The notes: generated by a model not told the origin, from the letters alone. DNA of 64,000 nucleotides from Octopus bimaculoides (GCF_001194135.2 NC_069000.1:6309244-6373243), one strand, 5' to 3'; numbered from the stretch's first letter, positions 1-12,818 are shown. Numbers and translations: made by a program.

Positions 1-429
1 TAACAGGCCTATCTCTCAGCAACTGTATTTGCTATTTTCCTCTCCACTTTCACCTGTTTGATTGTCTGCACAAGAGTAAACTTGTTCTCAATAATTTCTT
101 CAACTGCAGTGGCTCTAGTCCTTTGCTTGTTTACTAGACAAAGTGCTGGGATCATCACATCCCCTTTCCCCCTTTTAAAAGCAAAAAGTAAAACAACAGC
201 AGCTGTGTGGGACACCCTTATCAATGAGTCATAAATACATTTTGATTACAAAGCTGCAATGTGATCAGTTGTCTATTTTTAGTATTTTATATTTTCCCTG
301 CATGTATTGTTCATTGTTGCTTTGTTGGGAACCCAGATGGTTAAGCTATTTCCAGTATACTGGGGACACAGTGTGATAGGACTTAAATAAAATCTTTTGT
401 TTTCTGTGTTTATTACTATATATTACTAC

Positions 430-481
<52 letters not shown>

Positions 482-750
482 NNNNNNNNNNNNNNNNNNN
501 NNNNNNNNNNNNNNNNNNNNNNNNNNNNNNNNNNNNNNNNNNNNNNNNNNNNNNNNNNNNNNNNNNNNNNNNNNNNNNNNNNNNNNNNNNNNNNNNNNNN
601 NNNNNNNNNNNNNNNNNNNNNNNNNCAACGGTCAATCATAATAATGCGAAAAGTTCAAAAGTTTTTTAGACGTCGTGGTATATTGAAGCGATTTCCAATC
701 AGAAGATGGGTCCAGTGTAATCCGTATATATATATATATATATATATATA

Positions 751-966
751 CTCTCTCACCACAATTTTCTCTCTCTCTTTCTTCCTGTTTCTGTTGTACC
801 TGTATTTCAAAGGGCCAGCGTTGTCACACTGAATCTCCCTGAGAACTACGTTAAGGGTACACATGTCTGTGGAATGCTCAGCCACTTGCACGTTAATTTC
901 ATGAGCAGGCTGTTCTGTTGATCAGATCAACTGGAACCCTCGTCGTCGTAAGCGACAGTGCCAACC
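751..966 (+). mobile_element. 5'-truncated SINE (family A)
   Basis: Closely matches the 3' half of the copy at 5415-5790. Confidence 0.8.
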
Positions 967-1117
967 ATATATATATATATAAAATGTGTGTATTGAAGTA
1001 ACAAAAACTAGTTGGTGAAGTTGTGTTGTAATAATGTTAACCAACATGTTCTGTACTGAAATTTGAACTTCAATCATTTCAAAATTCTCTTTTTTTTTTT
1101 AAAATTTTATTTTATAG

Positions 1118-1260
1118 TTCCTCCTTCAGTTGAAATCCCTCGAAGTGGAGATGGTAAAGAAGGTGAATCAATCACTTTAGTTTGTAAAGGAAAAGGTGTT
1201 CCAGTACCATCACTTACCTGGCAAAGAAGTAACGATGCTCCTTTCCCTATTGGTGAAGAG
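1118..1260 (+). CDS. NCAM: Exon, first half of Ig4 (VPPSVEIP...ITLVCKGKGVPVPSLTWQRS...GEE)
   Basis: tttatag acceptor, GAG|gttagc donor, Ig Cys and Trp motifs, phase 1 to 0. Confidence 0.93.
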
Positions 1261-1364
1261 GTTAGCAAAATTAACAATTGGTTGACAATGAAATTTCACA
1301 CGATTTTTTGATTAAAATGAGTTTTTCTTTATTTTCTACTTTACTATTTTATGTCTTTTAACAG

Positions 1365-1718
1365 TTGAATGGAGTATTAGTTAAAGAAACCAAGAATCGG
1401 CCAGATAAAGAATTGACTTTAACCATTGCTTCTCTGAAAGCTAGCGATGCTGATAATTACACTTGTTTTGGAGATAATGAGGCTGGTAACGATGCCAAGC
1501 GAACCTACCTCCGGGTTGAATATAAACCTGTTTTTATAAATACTCCAACTACTGCTTACAATTGGATGGGCAACAAAGCCAACATAACCTGCACTGCCAA
1601 AAGTTATCCCAAAGCTATAATATCATGGAAAAGGGATAAGGAGGAAATTAAAGGAGATACTGAGACGTATAAAATATTCAAAATAGAAGGTCAAGAACAG
1701 ATGACCAGCTTACTCCAA
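1365..1718 (+). CDS. NCAM: Exon, second half of Ig4 and first part of Ig5 (LNGVLV...DADNYTC...NITCTAKSYPKAIISW...SLLQ)
   Basis: ttaacag acceptor, CAA|gtaagt donor, D-x-x-x-Y-x-C motif, phase 0 to 0. Confidence 0.95.
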
Positions 1719-1798
1719 GTAAGTATCAACATATCAGATGGGCTATTTGGAAATTTGGGTTTGTGATGAATACAGTTGGTATTTTATGTCACACAAAC

Positions 1799-2055
1799 AT
1801 GATGGTGTGCTTAAGAAGTTTGCTTGCCAGCTGTATGATTTGCGGTTTAGTCCCACTGCATGATACCTGAGGCAAGTGCTTTCTATTATGGCACTGGGTC
1901 AGCCAAAGCTTTGTGAATGGATCTGATAGTTGGAAACTGAAAGAAAACCTGTCGTGTGTGTGTGTGTGTAGATGTGCTATACTGGGTGCTTCTTTTTCAT
2001 GACACCAGCATTTGTGACGTCACTATGTAACTCACAAGATAAGGACCCCCTCAAC
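1799..2055 (+). mobile_element. tRNA-derived SINE with internal microsatellite (family C, CORE-like)
   Basis: Head, degenerate ccttgggcaagt-type segment, gaaactgaaagaa and (TG)n. Related copies near 3806, 6790, 19830, 50098, 52361, 52981, 58492 and 59690. Confidence 0.7.
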
Positions 2056-2283
2056 TGAGTGTTAGTATATGCATGTGTGCAATTCATGCATGTGTGTCTC
2101 TTTGTTTTGACATCATGCCAGTTATTGTCATCATCTCGGCAACTATATCTGATGGACCGGCTACTTTGCCTATATAATTGTTCACTTCAAACTCAGTCTT
2201 TTTGTTCCTCTTCCTCTTATGCATTTCTCACATTTATAAAGGACAACCTCTCATAATAACATTTCCAGACCTATTTCTTGTGG

Positions 2284-2322
<39 letters not shown>

Positions 2323-2384
2323 ACTAGGCATGACCATTCATTTTAGTCATTTATTAAATGTATATTAAAACTTTATTGATTTCA

Positions 2385-2480
2385 CTTGGTTGGAGCCTGG
2401 TGTAGCCATCTGGTTTCACCAGTCCTCAGTCAAATCGTCCAACCCATGCTAGCATGGAAAGCGGACGTTAAACGATGATA
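2385..2480 (-). mobile_element. Short interspersed repeat with RTE-like tail (family D)
   Basis: Near-identical reverse complement of 52170-52270. Confidence 0.75.
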
Positions 2481-2708
2481 TGTGAGACAAATATGTTTGC
2501 TTGATATAAGACTGCAGATGGAACAGTATGATAATGTTGTTGTTGTGGTGCAATATGGAAATTGAATTGATTTTTTTAGTGGTAATAATAAAATACTGAC
2601 AGTTATTTCATAATTGAAGAAATCTATCTAATATTAGGAAATTGGATGTGAATTTAAAAAAAAAATCTTCCTGTGCAGTATTATTGACATTTTTGTTATT
2701 TTTGTTAG

Positions 2709-2814
2709 GTTAAGGTGACTCCTAGCAACGAGAATTCTGTATTTACTGACTATAAATGCAAAGCTTTCAGCATCAGAGATTCAACAGAGATAACAATAAC
2801 TTTAAAGAAAGCAG
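2709..2814 (+). CDS. NCAM: Exon, end of Ig5 (VKVTPSNENSVFTDYKCKAFS...LKKA)
   Basis: tttgttag acceptor, G|gttggt donor, Y-x-C motif, phase 0 to 1. Confidence 0.9.
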
Positions 2815-3593
2815 GTTGGTATGATTTTTTGTTTTTTTTTATTAAAATGTTACTTTCTTGTATCAATTATGAGACATTTAGTATTCTCTTGTCCTTGCCC
2901 ACATATGTCCACTGTCTCACTGTAAAATTGTTCATAGTTTGGATTTTTCAATCACATTCATTCTAAGCTAAGAAATAAAGTTTTAAAAAAAAAAAGCATT
3001 TTGTAGTGTTTCACTGAAATAGTTGTTGAAATGTATTGGGGGAAAATTCCTTTTCTGAGTTTTTAATGGTGTAGGAAAAATAGTGTGATATTGTTTAAAC
3101 TGTTAAAATCCTTTTTGGAGGCTTTTTGGTAGGAAATTCTTCCCAAAATGAAGTTGCTTCTTCTGGCACAGAAGAGCACTAAGTTCCAGTCTTTAAGCCC
3201 CTAAACAACAATTGTATTTGATTTATACTTTTAGGTGGTTCAGGATTGACTGGTGTGGATATCCACTCTTTAAGACTCTGTTAAACAGCTACTTAGGGCT
3301 TCTGCCATTTTCTTACTCCTTAATGATCTTTAACATTCACACGACTCTGTCAAGTATAAAGCTTATTTAGTAGCATTGTTTTGAACCAATTGTATTATCT
3401 TGTAGATTTGACATTTCAACGATGTGACTGTTAAGTTTTAGAATGGAATAGTATGAATATAACCTTGTGTAGATTTGAAATTTGAGATTTTTGAAGTATT
3501 GCTGTATGTAGATTTACGTGTGTACTTTTGTTGTATTCCATTAGTTTCATATATCTAAATAATATATGTGCATGTATCATCTAATTTTTACAG

Positions 3594-3764
3594 TTGTTCC
3601 TAAGCGTCCTGTTAAAGTCAATGCACTTGATCCCACTCCAACTACTATCACACTGGTCATCAGTCCTCCAGAGAGTGATGGCGGTATCCCTGTCACCCAA
3701 TACCATATCACTCAGGTTACCAGTGGCAGTGACAAGAAAGAAGAAAAAGATGTCCCAGTTCCTG
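3594..3764 (+). CDS. NCAM: Exon, first half of FN3-1 (VVPKRPVKV...SPPESDGGIPVTQYHI...)
   Basis: ttttacag acceptor, G|gttagt donor, P-x-x-D-G-G-x-P-x-x-x-Y FN3 motif, phase 1 to 1. Confidence 0.93.
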
Positions 3765-4129
3765 GTTAGTTACATTTTTCTACAGTAATTCATGTTATGC
3801 AAACCACTTGTTTGACCCCATGGTTGTAGGTTCAATCTCACTGTGTGGGACCTTGAGCAAATGTCTTCTATAATCCTAGGCTGATCAAATCATTGTGAGT
3901 TGGTTTGGTAGGTGGAAACTCAGTCCCATTGTGTGTGTATGTTATAACACACACACACACACACGCACATGCAAGAAGACTGGAAAGAAATGAATGAGCA
4001 TGCTCTGTTGTATATGCAAATAAAAGTATACATAAACGATAATATAAATGTGCTGATAAAAAAAACTGAGCTGAAGTGGAATCAGATGTAATGTACAAAA
4101 AAAAAAAAAGACTGCACTGGTAGGAACAT

Positions 4130-4330
4130 GTAGTGTGTATGGATGAGGACTGCTCTTTAAAGAAGTGACAATCACTAAACATGGCTGGAGCTTGTGGTTG
4201 AAGGACACCGAGAAAGACATGGGGGACATGGTGGTAAGGGCTGACCTTAGGACTCTGAGTGTCACAGGGGACCAGGGTGCCTGGTGATGCATGGTCCTTG
4301 AAAAGACTTGCCCATCACAGCAAAACTGAG
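4130..4330 (+). mobile_element. RTE-type LINE 3' remnant
   Basis: Frameshifted PRKTW.D.VV.ADLRTL...DQGAW resembles RTE-clade ORF C-termini. Confidence 0.5.
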
Positions 4331-5147
4331 GTCTGGAAATACTGAGTATGCCCATATTACATATGGGCACCTCACCTTCATCTCCCTCCTCCCCATTTTG
4401 CTCCTGCTACTACCACCACATCTCTCCCACTACAGTTTCCCTCGACACCACATTTCCTTTCTGGACCATATTGGTATTATTGGTAGCCCTATTTTTAGTA
4501 GGGTTAGTAAGAGTACCGAAACGACCTTAGACATTTCATATGTTATAGTTTAATGAGAGGGAGGTAGGAAAAGTTTTATGTCCAATACAAATTTAATCAT
4601 CAAACAAGTGCACGAGTTAATATAATCTAACGAAGAGTCGATACAATTATAGTCTGCAGTTGTTACCCATGGTCTCTTGGTGAAAGACTAGCTTAAGGGT
4701 TTAACTACTGCTATTTTGACAATTCTCTTACTGGTGTTGTTTAGCTCAACTTACTATAGCCATCTCTTTCTTTTTGCACACTAACGTATTAGCCAATGTA
4801 CTTTTCCCATTTTAAAACAGTAATTTGAATTGAGATTTAACAGCTGTTTCCATCAGGTTGAGCAACAGCATTGAGACTTCATTTGTTGGCTTGTGATTGT
4901 CAATCGACTGACATTATTTGAAGATTAAATCATTCAATATCAGTGCCTGATCAAATTTAGGCCTAACTGCATTCATAATAACACTTAGGTATGCATGGTT
5001 GTTTGGCGGGCTGGGAAATCAACATTTTATTTGCAGGAATATGATGTAGTCTTTGGTAATGTAATGGTGCTAGCAGAAGTACCTGCAAGTTTAAATGTAT
5101 TTTGCCTTTTGTCTGATAATTTTCACATTTCAACCTTTTCTTTGTAG

Positions 5148-5282
5148 AACCAAGTAAAACCCAGCGTGTTGTACTTGAAAACTTGACTCCAAAAACCAAA
5201 TATCAGCTCAAAGTGTTTGCTGGAAACAGAGTTGGACTCAGCACTACATCATATGATTTATCTTCTGAGACACCTAATATTA
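5148..5282 (+). CDS. NCAM: Exon, second half of FN3-1 (EPSKTQRVVLENLTPKTKYQLKVFAGNRVG...PNI)
   Basis: ctttgtag acceptor, A|gtaagt donor, L-x-P-x-T-x-Y...A-x-N-x-x-G FN3 motif. Too short for the ORF track. Confidence 0.93.
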
Positions 5283-5414
5283 GTAAGTAGATTTTAATTA
5301 TACTTTTCTCTGCTTGCATTTGCTGTCAATTTTTTTTTCCTCTCTTCTATAGTTTCTCACATAACATCAGTTTCTTACATCATTTCCGTTTTACTACATT
5401 TACATGAGTCTAGT

Positions 5415-5790
5415 GGAGGCGCAATGGCCCAGTGGTTAGGGCAGCGGACTCGCGGTCATAGGATCACGGTTTCGATTCTCAGACCAGGCGTTGTGAGTGT
5501 TTATTGAGCGAAAACACCTAAAGCTCCACAAGGCTCCGGCAGGGGATGGTGGCGAACCCTGCTGTACTCTTTCACCACAACTTTCTCTCACTCTTACTTC
5601 CTATTTCTGTTGTGCCTGTAATTCAAAAGGTCAGCCTTGTCACACTGTGTCACACTGAATATCCCCGAGATCTACGTTAAGGGTACACTTGTCTGTGGAG
5701 TGCTCAGCCACTTGCACGTTAATTTCACAAGCAGCCTGTTCCGTTGATCGAATCAACTGGAACCCTCGACGGAGTGCCAACAACAACAAC
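5415..5790 (+). mobile_element. Full-length tRNA-derived SINE (family A)
   Basis: A-box tggcccagtgg, B-box gtttcgattc, (CAA)n tail. 3' part is shared with 751 and 51203. Confidence 0.85.
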
Positions 5791-6448
5791 ATGGGTCTAA
5801 TTGCCTGTACTAAGCCTTTCTCTGCAAGTTTTTTTATTAACATTGTATTATCACACCTGACCTTTGACCTTGCTGTTTTCTCATTCTACCTTTGCTGCTG
5901 CTGCTACTACAATGAATTCTGTTCCTCAGAGGTAGCTGGCTCTATACTCCCACAATCAACCCCAACCTTCCCACCTGTGTATTTCCTGAAGTTGTTTAAG
6001 CTTCAATTACATCTCAACCTCACCTGTAGCCGGGAAAGTTTTACAAAGGTCATTGGACACAGTCACTTCCTCCTGATTAAAAAGTGTATGTGTGGATATG
6101 TGGATCACAATTTTAGAATTGGTGCACTGGGTCTCTTCATGGCCAAAGAGGGGACTAAAAGAGTTGGCAGCAGGGAAAGTATCAGCCTATGAACCAGTGT
6201 CACAGAAAACGTGTTCAGCCAGTGCCAGCGTGAGAAAGAAACAGGAGGGGGAGAGTTTCTGATAGGAAGAGTATGTGCTTGAACCTAATTGAAATTGAGT
6301 GGTGTGGATAAAAATGGACTAGAAAGATGATTTTATTGCCCCCCCCCCCTCTCTTTCTTTCTCACACGCACACACACACATACACATACACCTGCCTTGT
6401 TCATTTGGGAAAATACTTTTCATTGTTAACTTTGCTGTTGAATTTCAG

Positions 6449-6576
6449 GAAAACCATTTGATGTATTCATTACCTCAGATAGATATGGAACCAGTCCGCA
6501 TAGTTACCAGGTGACTTGGGATAAACCCCGCACTGGTGGAGCAGATATAGTGTCCTATTCAATTCAATACAGAAAG
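6449..6576 (+). CDS. NCAM: Exon, first half of FN3-2 (RKPFDVFITS...YQVTWDKPRTGGADIVSYSIQYRK)
   Basis: atttcag acceptor, AAG|gtaaag donor, W-x-x-P-x-T-G-G motif, phase 1 to 0. Confidence 0.93.
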
Positions 6577-7326
6577 GTAAAGAATTCTCTTGATGTTTTT
6601 CAAGTTAACATTTTCCATGTTTGGTTTCGTTGCTTTCTTGGTGTTTAATTTCTAGATCAACTTGCAAGTGAGTAAACTACAGTGCATATGTGGGTCTGTG
6701 TTTTGTATATATGTGTAAGTATGCATTGCATATGTGTATGCGTATGTGTGTGTGTGTGTGTGTATACATATGTGTATATGTACACATATAGGCATTGGTA
6801 GTGTGTTTAAGAAGCTTACTTCTTAACCATGTGGTATCGGGTTCATTCCTACTGTGCAGTATCTAGGACAAGTTATTTCACTGTAGGCCCCGGCTGACCA
6901 AAATCTTTATCGATTTTATCTCGATGAATTTTGAGAATAATGAAGAATTTGTTTGAAAAACTTTGTCATTAGCAAGCTTTTGGAACATAAATTGATGTAA
7001 AATTTTGAGGGAAGGTTTTAATTTAGATCACTTTAAAATGGGATGTTTGTATTGCAGAAACTGGGGTGGCCTCAGAAAGTGTGGGTATCAAAAGGGTACA
7101 ATGTTGTAGCATGTTTTTACTTTTCTGTTTTGTAGTTCTCGATGCTGATAGTTCGACAGTATCTTTTGATTTATGGATGTGTTTTGAAAATTAATTTGTC
7201 ATGAACACTTCTTCCAATTTTCTTTGTACATTTTTTTTCCTCCCATTGGCAAGTGGTGATATTTGAACTTTGCAAACTTTTTTTAAATTTTTTTTTTTTT
7301 TCTTTTTTTACCTTTGACATACACAG

Positions 7327-7525
7327 GTTCATATAAAAGAAAAAGAGCCCTGGGTAGTTGACGGCAGTAAGGAAAATGGAGACTATATGACAAAGACTGT
7401 TCAAGGAAAGACCTCTGCAGTAATTAGAAACTTAGAGTCTAATACATACTATGAGTTCCAGGTCGTAGCTACTAATAAAGTTGGAAACTCAAATCCACGG
7501 CCTGTGATTATTGTGACAAAAAAAG
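7327..7525 (+). CDS. NCAM: Exon, second half of FN3-2 (VHIKEKEPW...IRNLESNTYYEFQVVATNKVG...VTKK)
   Basis: acacag acceptor, G|gtaagc donor, FN3 Tyr-corner motif, phase 0 to 1. Confidence 0.93.
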
Positions 7526-8095
7526 GTAAGCTTTACCTTTTTATTTCTTCATAATATTGGTTAAATGTGTTAGTTTCCCCGCCATTGTCTTTTGCTGGAA
7601 ATGTTGTTATAAAGGTTATATTTAAAATAGTTATCTCCTGTTTGTTGCATGTACTTATAAAACTGAATATTTGACATTAGATTCCAACACAGTTTTTATT
7701 TATCATCATCCAAGTATTATTTTCTGTTATTTAATGTTATTTATGTTATTTATTTAAATTACTGTATTTAAAAATGTTCTATTTAGTTTACAATTGATTT
7801 GATTTTGAGCTGTGATGTTAAATGTTTTGGATTTGAAATACACAAATAAGAATTTCATTAAAAATAGATTTAATAATTTCAGCATTGAAAAATTGTTTTG
7901 CATGTCTATGTATGATATATGTAGCATGTATTTTAGGCCTTTGTTACTTCCTGTTTTAGTGTAAAAAGAATTTAAAAAAAAGAAAAAAGGAAAAGAAAAA
8001 TTAGTACTACAACACAGTAACTAAGAAATATATTTTTAGCTGTTTATCAAATTTAAAAATGAAATTGTTCCCACTTTTTTTTCATATTCATATAG

Positions 8096-8122
8096 ATTCA
8101 CCTGATAGTATTGAAGAATCTG
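8096..8122 (+). CDS. NCAM: 27-nt symmetric microexon (DSPDSIEES)
   Basis: T-rich tract + tatag acceptor, G|gtaaga donor, open in phase 1-1. Confidence 0.7.
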
Positions 8123-10397
8123 GTAAGAACTATAACACAATTGAGGGAATTATAAATTCTTCTTCAAACCATTCTTTACCTCTCTTGCTAAATTTAATGA
8201 GCACTTGTTCCTGCAGGCATTTCCTTCTGGTACCTGAAAAAAAAAAAATATAAAGATTTATCGTTGGTTTATATATTCTCCTTAAGTTTTTATCAAATGT
8301 TGTACTTTTAATCTATTTCTCTTCTCTCAAAGGTCTTTTGGGCATTTTATTTATTTATACATTATTATTATTATTATTATTATTAAGGAAGTGGGCTGGA
8401 ATGACAGAATGCATAGCAGTATTTCTTCTGACTCTTTAGATTTTGAGTTCACATCTCACTCAGATCAACTTTGCCTTTCATCTTTCTAGTCTTTTTTAAA
8501 TAAACCAGTTGAGGACTGGAGTTGAAGTAATAAATCCCACTACAAAAATAAAAATAAAAAATCAGGCGTTGCGTCTATTGTGGAAAGAATCGTTGTCTAT
8601 CATTTAAATGATTGATCAGTTGATAGTTAATAAGTTTTAAAGGAACTTTACCTTCTAATACAGTAATATTAAACGTTGTTGTTGTTGTTGGTGCTGCTGC
8701 TAGCTGGCATGATTATGTATTAGAACTGTTTAACTATAAACATAATTGCCTCCTCTTAAACTTCTAAGCTAATTTGGTGCTCCATTGATGGTATTCTATC
8801 TTGATTTGCTGTTAGTCAAATGTCAGCCTTGTCTAGGTTGGTTGGTTGGTTGGTTGGTATGCCAATGATGGAATATAGAGTGGACATATCCCAAAATCAC
8901 AGGAACTCTCTATTGCTTAGCCAATGGTGGAACGTAGGGTATGAGGTCCACTGAAGACACTCTGATTGTCAACCAAAGCCTCACACTGAATGCCTTACCA
9001 TTTTTCAAAGTCAGTCTTTGATGTTTGGACAGGATTCTTATTTAGAAGAATTTAAACTCTAGTCACTGTCTTCAGTTCCCAATTGTTTTTTTTTTTTTTT
9101 TTTAGATAAACTGATACATATCAAAACAGCTTTTTCTAGTATATTGTAATCTTGTTTGCCCTGTCACAATGTCTATGAGCAGTTTTCAAACCTGTTGAAA
9201 ACAAAGAGAATGATTTATTTTAAGTGAATCCACCTTGCAGATTAAAGCTGCAAAATACATAAATAAGTCCAATGTAGATAGTGGAAAACTGATGAGAGTA
9301 CTACTCCTTACTTTGCATTTCAAGTTCTGTTTATTAATATCTCAACTAGGTATCTTTATATCTCAGCTCATTTTTATTTAGAAATTTACCTTTTTATATA
9401 AATATTTATCCTTTCTGTAAGAATGGCTTCAGGGACACAAAAAATTATGGAACTGAAGTAGAACTCTTGCACATTTCAGTGTTGCCTAAATAATTGTTAA
9501 CAAAAAGCATATTAGAATTGGTTTTTAATTAACCCATAAAGCGCTGGGATTTGCACTTACATAGCAAGGACTGCTGAGCACATTTTATGAAAATGAGACT
9601 ACCATGCAAACATAAAAAAAGACAACAAAAAACATATCTTCTTAGTATATAATGGTGGCAAGTTTTACATCATCTGAAAAGTCATTAGTTGAACTATTAG
9701 TCCTCTTGCATTCTGGTGGGGGGTATTGGAGCGTTTGAGTGACATTAGACCCCAACAAACGCCCATAAATTAAATGCATCTATCTGGGCCACGATCGTGG
9801 CCCGTTGCGCTTTATGTGTTAAGCCTAATAAGATTATTAGGCTTACTGACTTGCTGTTTATTTAGATAATTTTTTTACTGAATTTTAAATAACAGCTTTG
9901 TTCTTTTTATAGAGTAAACTTTAAAATAATTTTTAATTTGCGCAATTTCTTCTATANNNNNNNNNNNNNNATATATATATATATATATAAAAAAAGAAAA
10001 AAATATTTCGCTTAAGTGAATCTTGTTTTGCATACTGTGTGGAATTGTCCTTTTTTTTTTTTTTAACATTTTTTTTTTTTAATGATGAATATTAATTAGA
10101 AATTTTTTCACTGCTGCTTACTCTTACTTCAAACCATGTCATCATGCTTGTGTTACGTGTTTTATTAAATGTTGTCTTATTTGTATTTTTTTTTTTTCTC
10201 TCTTTAAATGAACCCATTTTTATTGACATTCCAATAATTATATTAAATTTAAATTTAAGGTGGCATACTTAATTCAAAAGTTTTCTTCATTAAATAGTTT
10301 TCATTTATTTTCCACTATTTCTAAACAACCCAATTGATTGACTGAAGTCTACAATTTATTTTAGAAATACACTTGTTTGTATATTTTTACTCTGCAG

Positions 10398-10427
10398 AAT
10401 ATCCAGATGAATATGTAGATGAATATG
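10398..10427 (+). CDS. NCAM: 30-nt symmetric microexon (EYPDEYVDEY)
   Basis: tttttactctgcag acceptor, G|gtaagc donor, open in phase 1-1. Confidence 0.75.
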
Positions 10428-12818
10428 GTAAGCTCACTGTGCACCTTACAAACACCCCAGATAATATACCCCTCCGACCACCTTGTTCATCTAAAGTTGC
10501 TTTAAGCACTCCACATAATTTGGCTGTTATTACCAATATGAAGCACCAGAAATACCTAGAACTGGTGGTGCTCAATATTTATTGGGGAAGATTTTAAGCT
10601 AAATGCATAAAAAGTTTTAACATTTTTCAGTTTTATTTAACAGCTAAATTGGAATCACTGAATTTTTAAAAAAAATTTTATGTTCTCATTTTACAGCAAT
10701 AGAAACATTTATTTCATGTATTTATTGGTTTAATCTTTTCTTTTTTTTAATCTTTCCTCCTTTCTCTGTGTGTTTGTGTATTGCTAAATGTTTCTATACT
10801 TACCTTTTTTTTCTAGATATATAATTCTTGATATTGGCTCTCCTACTGGTTCCAAGAAAGGACTTTGTTGTTTTATTTTATATTTTTTTAAGGAAACCCC
10901 TCGAGTAATTCTTTCCCCATTACTTGCAATAGACTCTACTTGACTGCTTCAAGTAAAACTGAACTTTCTTGCAATTTGCATGTCTGAATGTGCAAGGTTA
11001 TAGCAACTGACCTAACATTTTAATCATATTTTGCTCCAGATAAGTGCTAGAGTAAATCAACTTAAGATCAGAGCTGTTTCAGATATTAGTGTCTTGGATT
11101 ATATAATGTCCAGAGGGCTGTTTTCAGAAACATTTCAATGGATTTTGTTTCTATTACAACATTGGGGATGTGATTTAAGGGAGATTTGGCTGTTGTTTCT
11201 AACAGGTTGAACTATCATCCCTTATTTAAACAGTTGTACCTTTTGGTCAGAAAGATGGTACCGAGTGGCCATCAGTAGGAATATGCAGCACTTAGTGAAG
11301 CATTTTATTTTTGATATACAATAAATGTAAAAGTGATCTTCTGATTGGTTTGGTTACTTGGTTAATATTGTTAGTGTGTGTCTTCCACAAACATTTGTCC
11401 TCTTAACATAAACTTCACGGTAAACTCAGTGTGACTTGACATTGAAGTTGAGGCTCTTTAAAATACATGTACAGACCCCACTTGTTACAGATGCCACATG
11501 ATGGTAGAGAACTGTAGATTTGATTGTAATGTGAATCATTAAATCATTTCAATATACCTGCACTCTATGAAGCACAGTTCAGTGGCATTACATGAACTCG
11601 AACCATTCAGCTTCTTGTCTGATTTCCTTTGTATGCATTTGGTTATTTGCTGCTTCTTTAAATAAATTACACACTCGTGAAATCAGAAGTTTGTAATATA
11701 CGCTTCTCAACATGGTGAGATAAACCAGCTTCTTTACAATGTCCCACATTATTTTGAACTTTCACCTCCATTATATCACATTGCATGGATCATCCCTTGT
11801 TCATTCATAGTATATCATTTTATCAACATATCTTTATTAGATCTGCCTGACTCTCATGAGAAATCATCAACTAAGAATTTTAAAGGCTCTTGCATGAGAT
11901 CCCAGTTTATATAACAATCACTCTTTGTTTGTCATGTGCATAGTCCAGTATATAACTTTTTCCTAGTCTTCTACATTGTGCCACAAATCAAAATTCCTAA
12001 ACTCCTTGAACAGTAGATTCTTGATTGTTTTCTTGACAGTTTTTCAACTGCTTCATTAGTTCGAATGCTGTGTTATCCAACACTTCTCTCCCAATACGAT
12101 GGTGGTGTTTTGGTGAAGCTTCTTAGAAACAAATGCATCAACATCTTGAATGTATCATCTTCTGACAGCATCCAGTGACTCTTTATTCGAGTGTTTCTTG
12201 CATATTTTTATGTTGGCATTTCTTCTCCAATGACTTTTCTTTCATATTTCACTTTTGTCTCAATATCTTTGTGTTGTGTGTGTGTATCGTAGTGAGAGGT
12301 GTGGTTAATTAAAGCAGTTTGATTGTCTTATCTTTTTTGGTATTAGTTATTCCATGATGACATTAGTGCTGTTCAGTGTTTTCATTCTCTCTTCAATAAT
12401 CATATAAAATGTGATGGTAAAATTTTTTTTTTTTAATAATGGCCATAACTATACCTGGAAATATTATAGAAAAAAAATAATAATCTTCACTTAGATAACC
12501 TAATTAAACCATTATCAGATTTAACTTTTAAGCCAAATTTCATGTTTGTTTGATAGGGTTTTTTTAAATAAAATATTTTATAGCTAATTATTTCTTATTA
12601 ATTATCCTGCTGTCCATTACTTACAATAACAACCATTCATTATGTAAAGTGTTCATTCATCGACATTCCATTACTTTTCACTGACAACAATTCACTTTTG
12701 GTTCTGCAATATTTCAACTCTGCTTTGTACTGTCGACTAGTATATGTGTGTCATCTTCACTCTGATCTCTCCAATCATAAATGAAATAAAGATGCCCCTG
12801 GCTCATCAATCATTTCAG

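Noticed and set aside
5415-5490. tRNA-like sequence with A and B boxes
   Set aside because: It is a SINE head continuous with a repeated body and tail, with no complete cloverleaf. The same holds for the other SINE heads.
10817-10824. Strong acceptor (tttttttttctag) reading D-I-stop, a possible secreted-form exon
   Set aside because: No matching donor or clear polyadenylation signal, and poly-T plus AG is common in this DNA
11400-12250. Coding-like minus-strand stretch with many stops
   Set aside because: Probably a decayed transposon ORF, but I could not identify a diagnostic motif or termini
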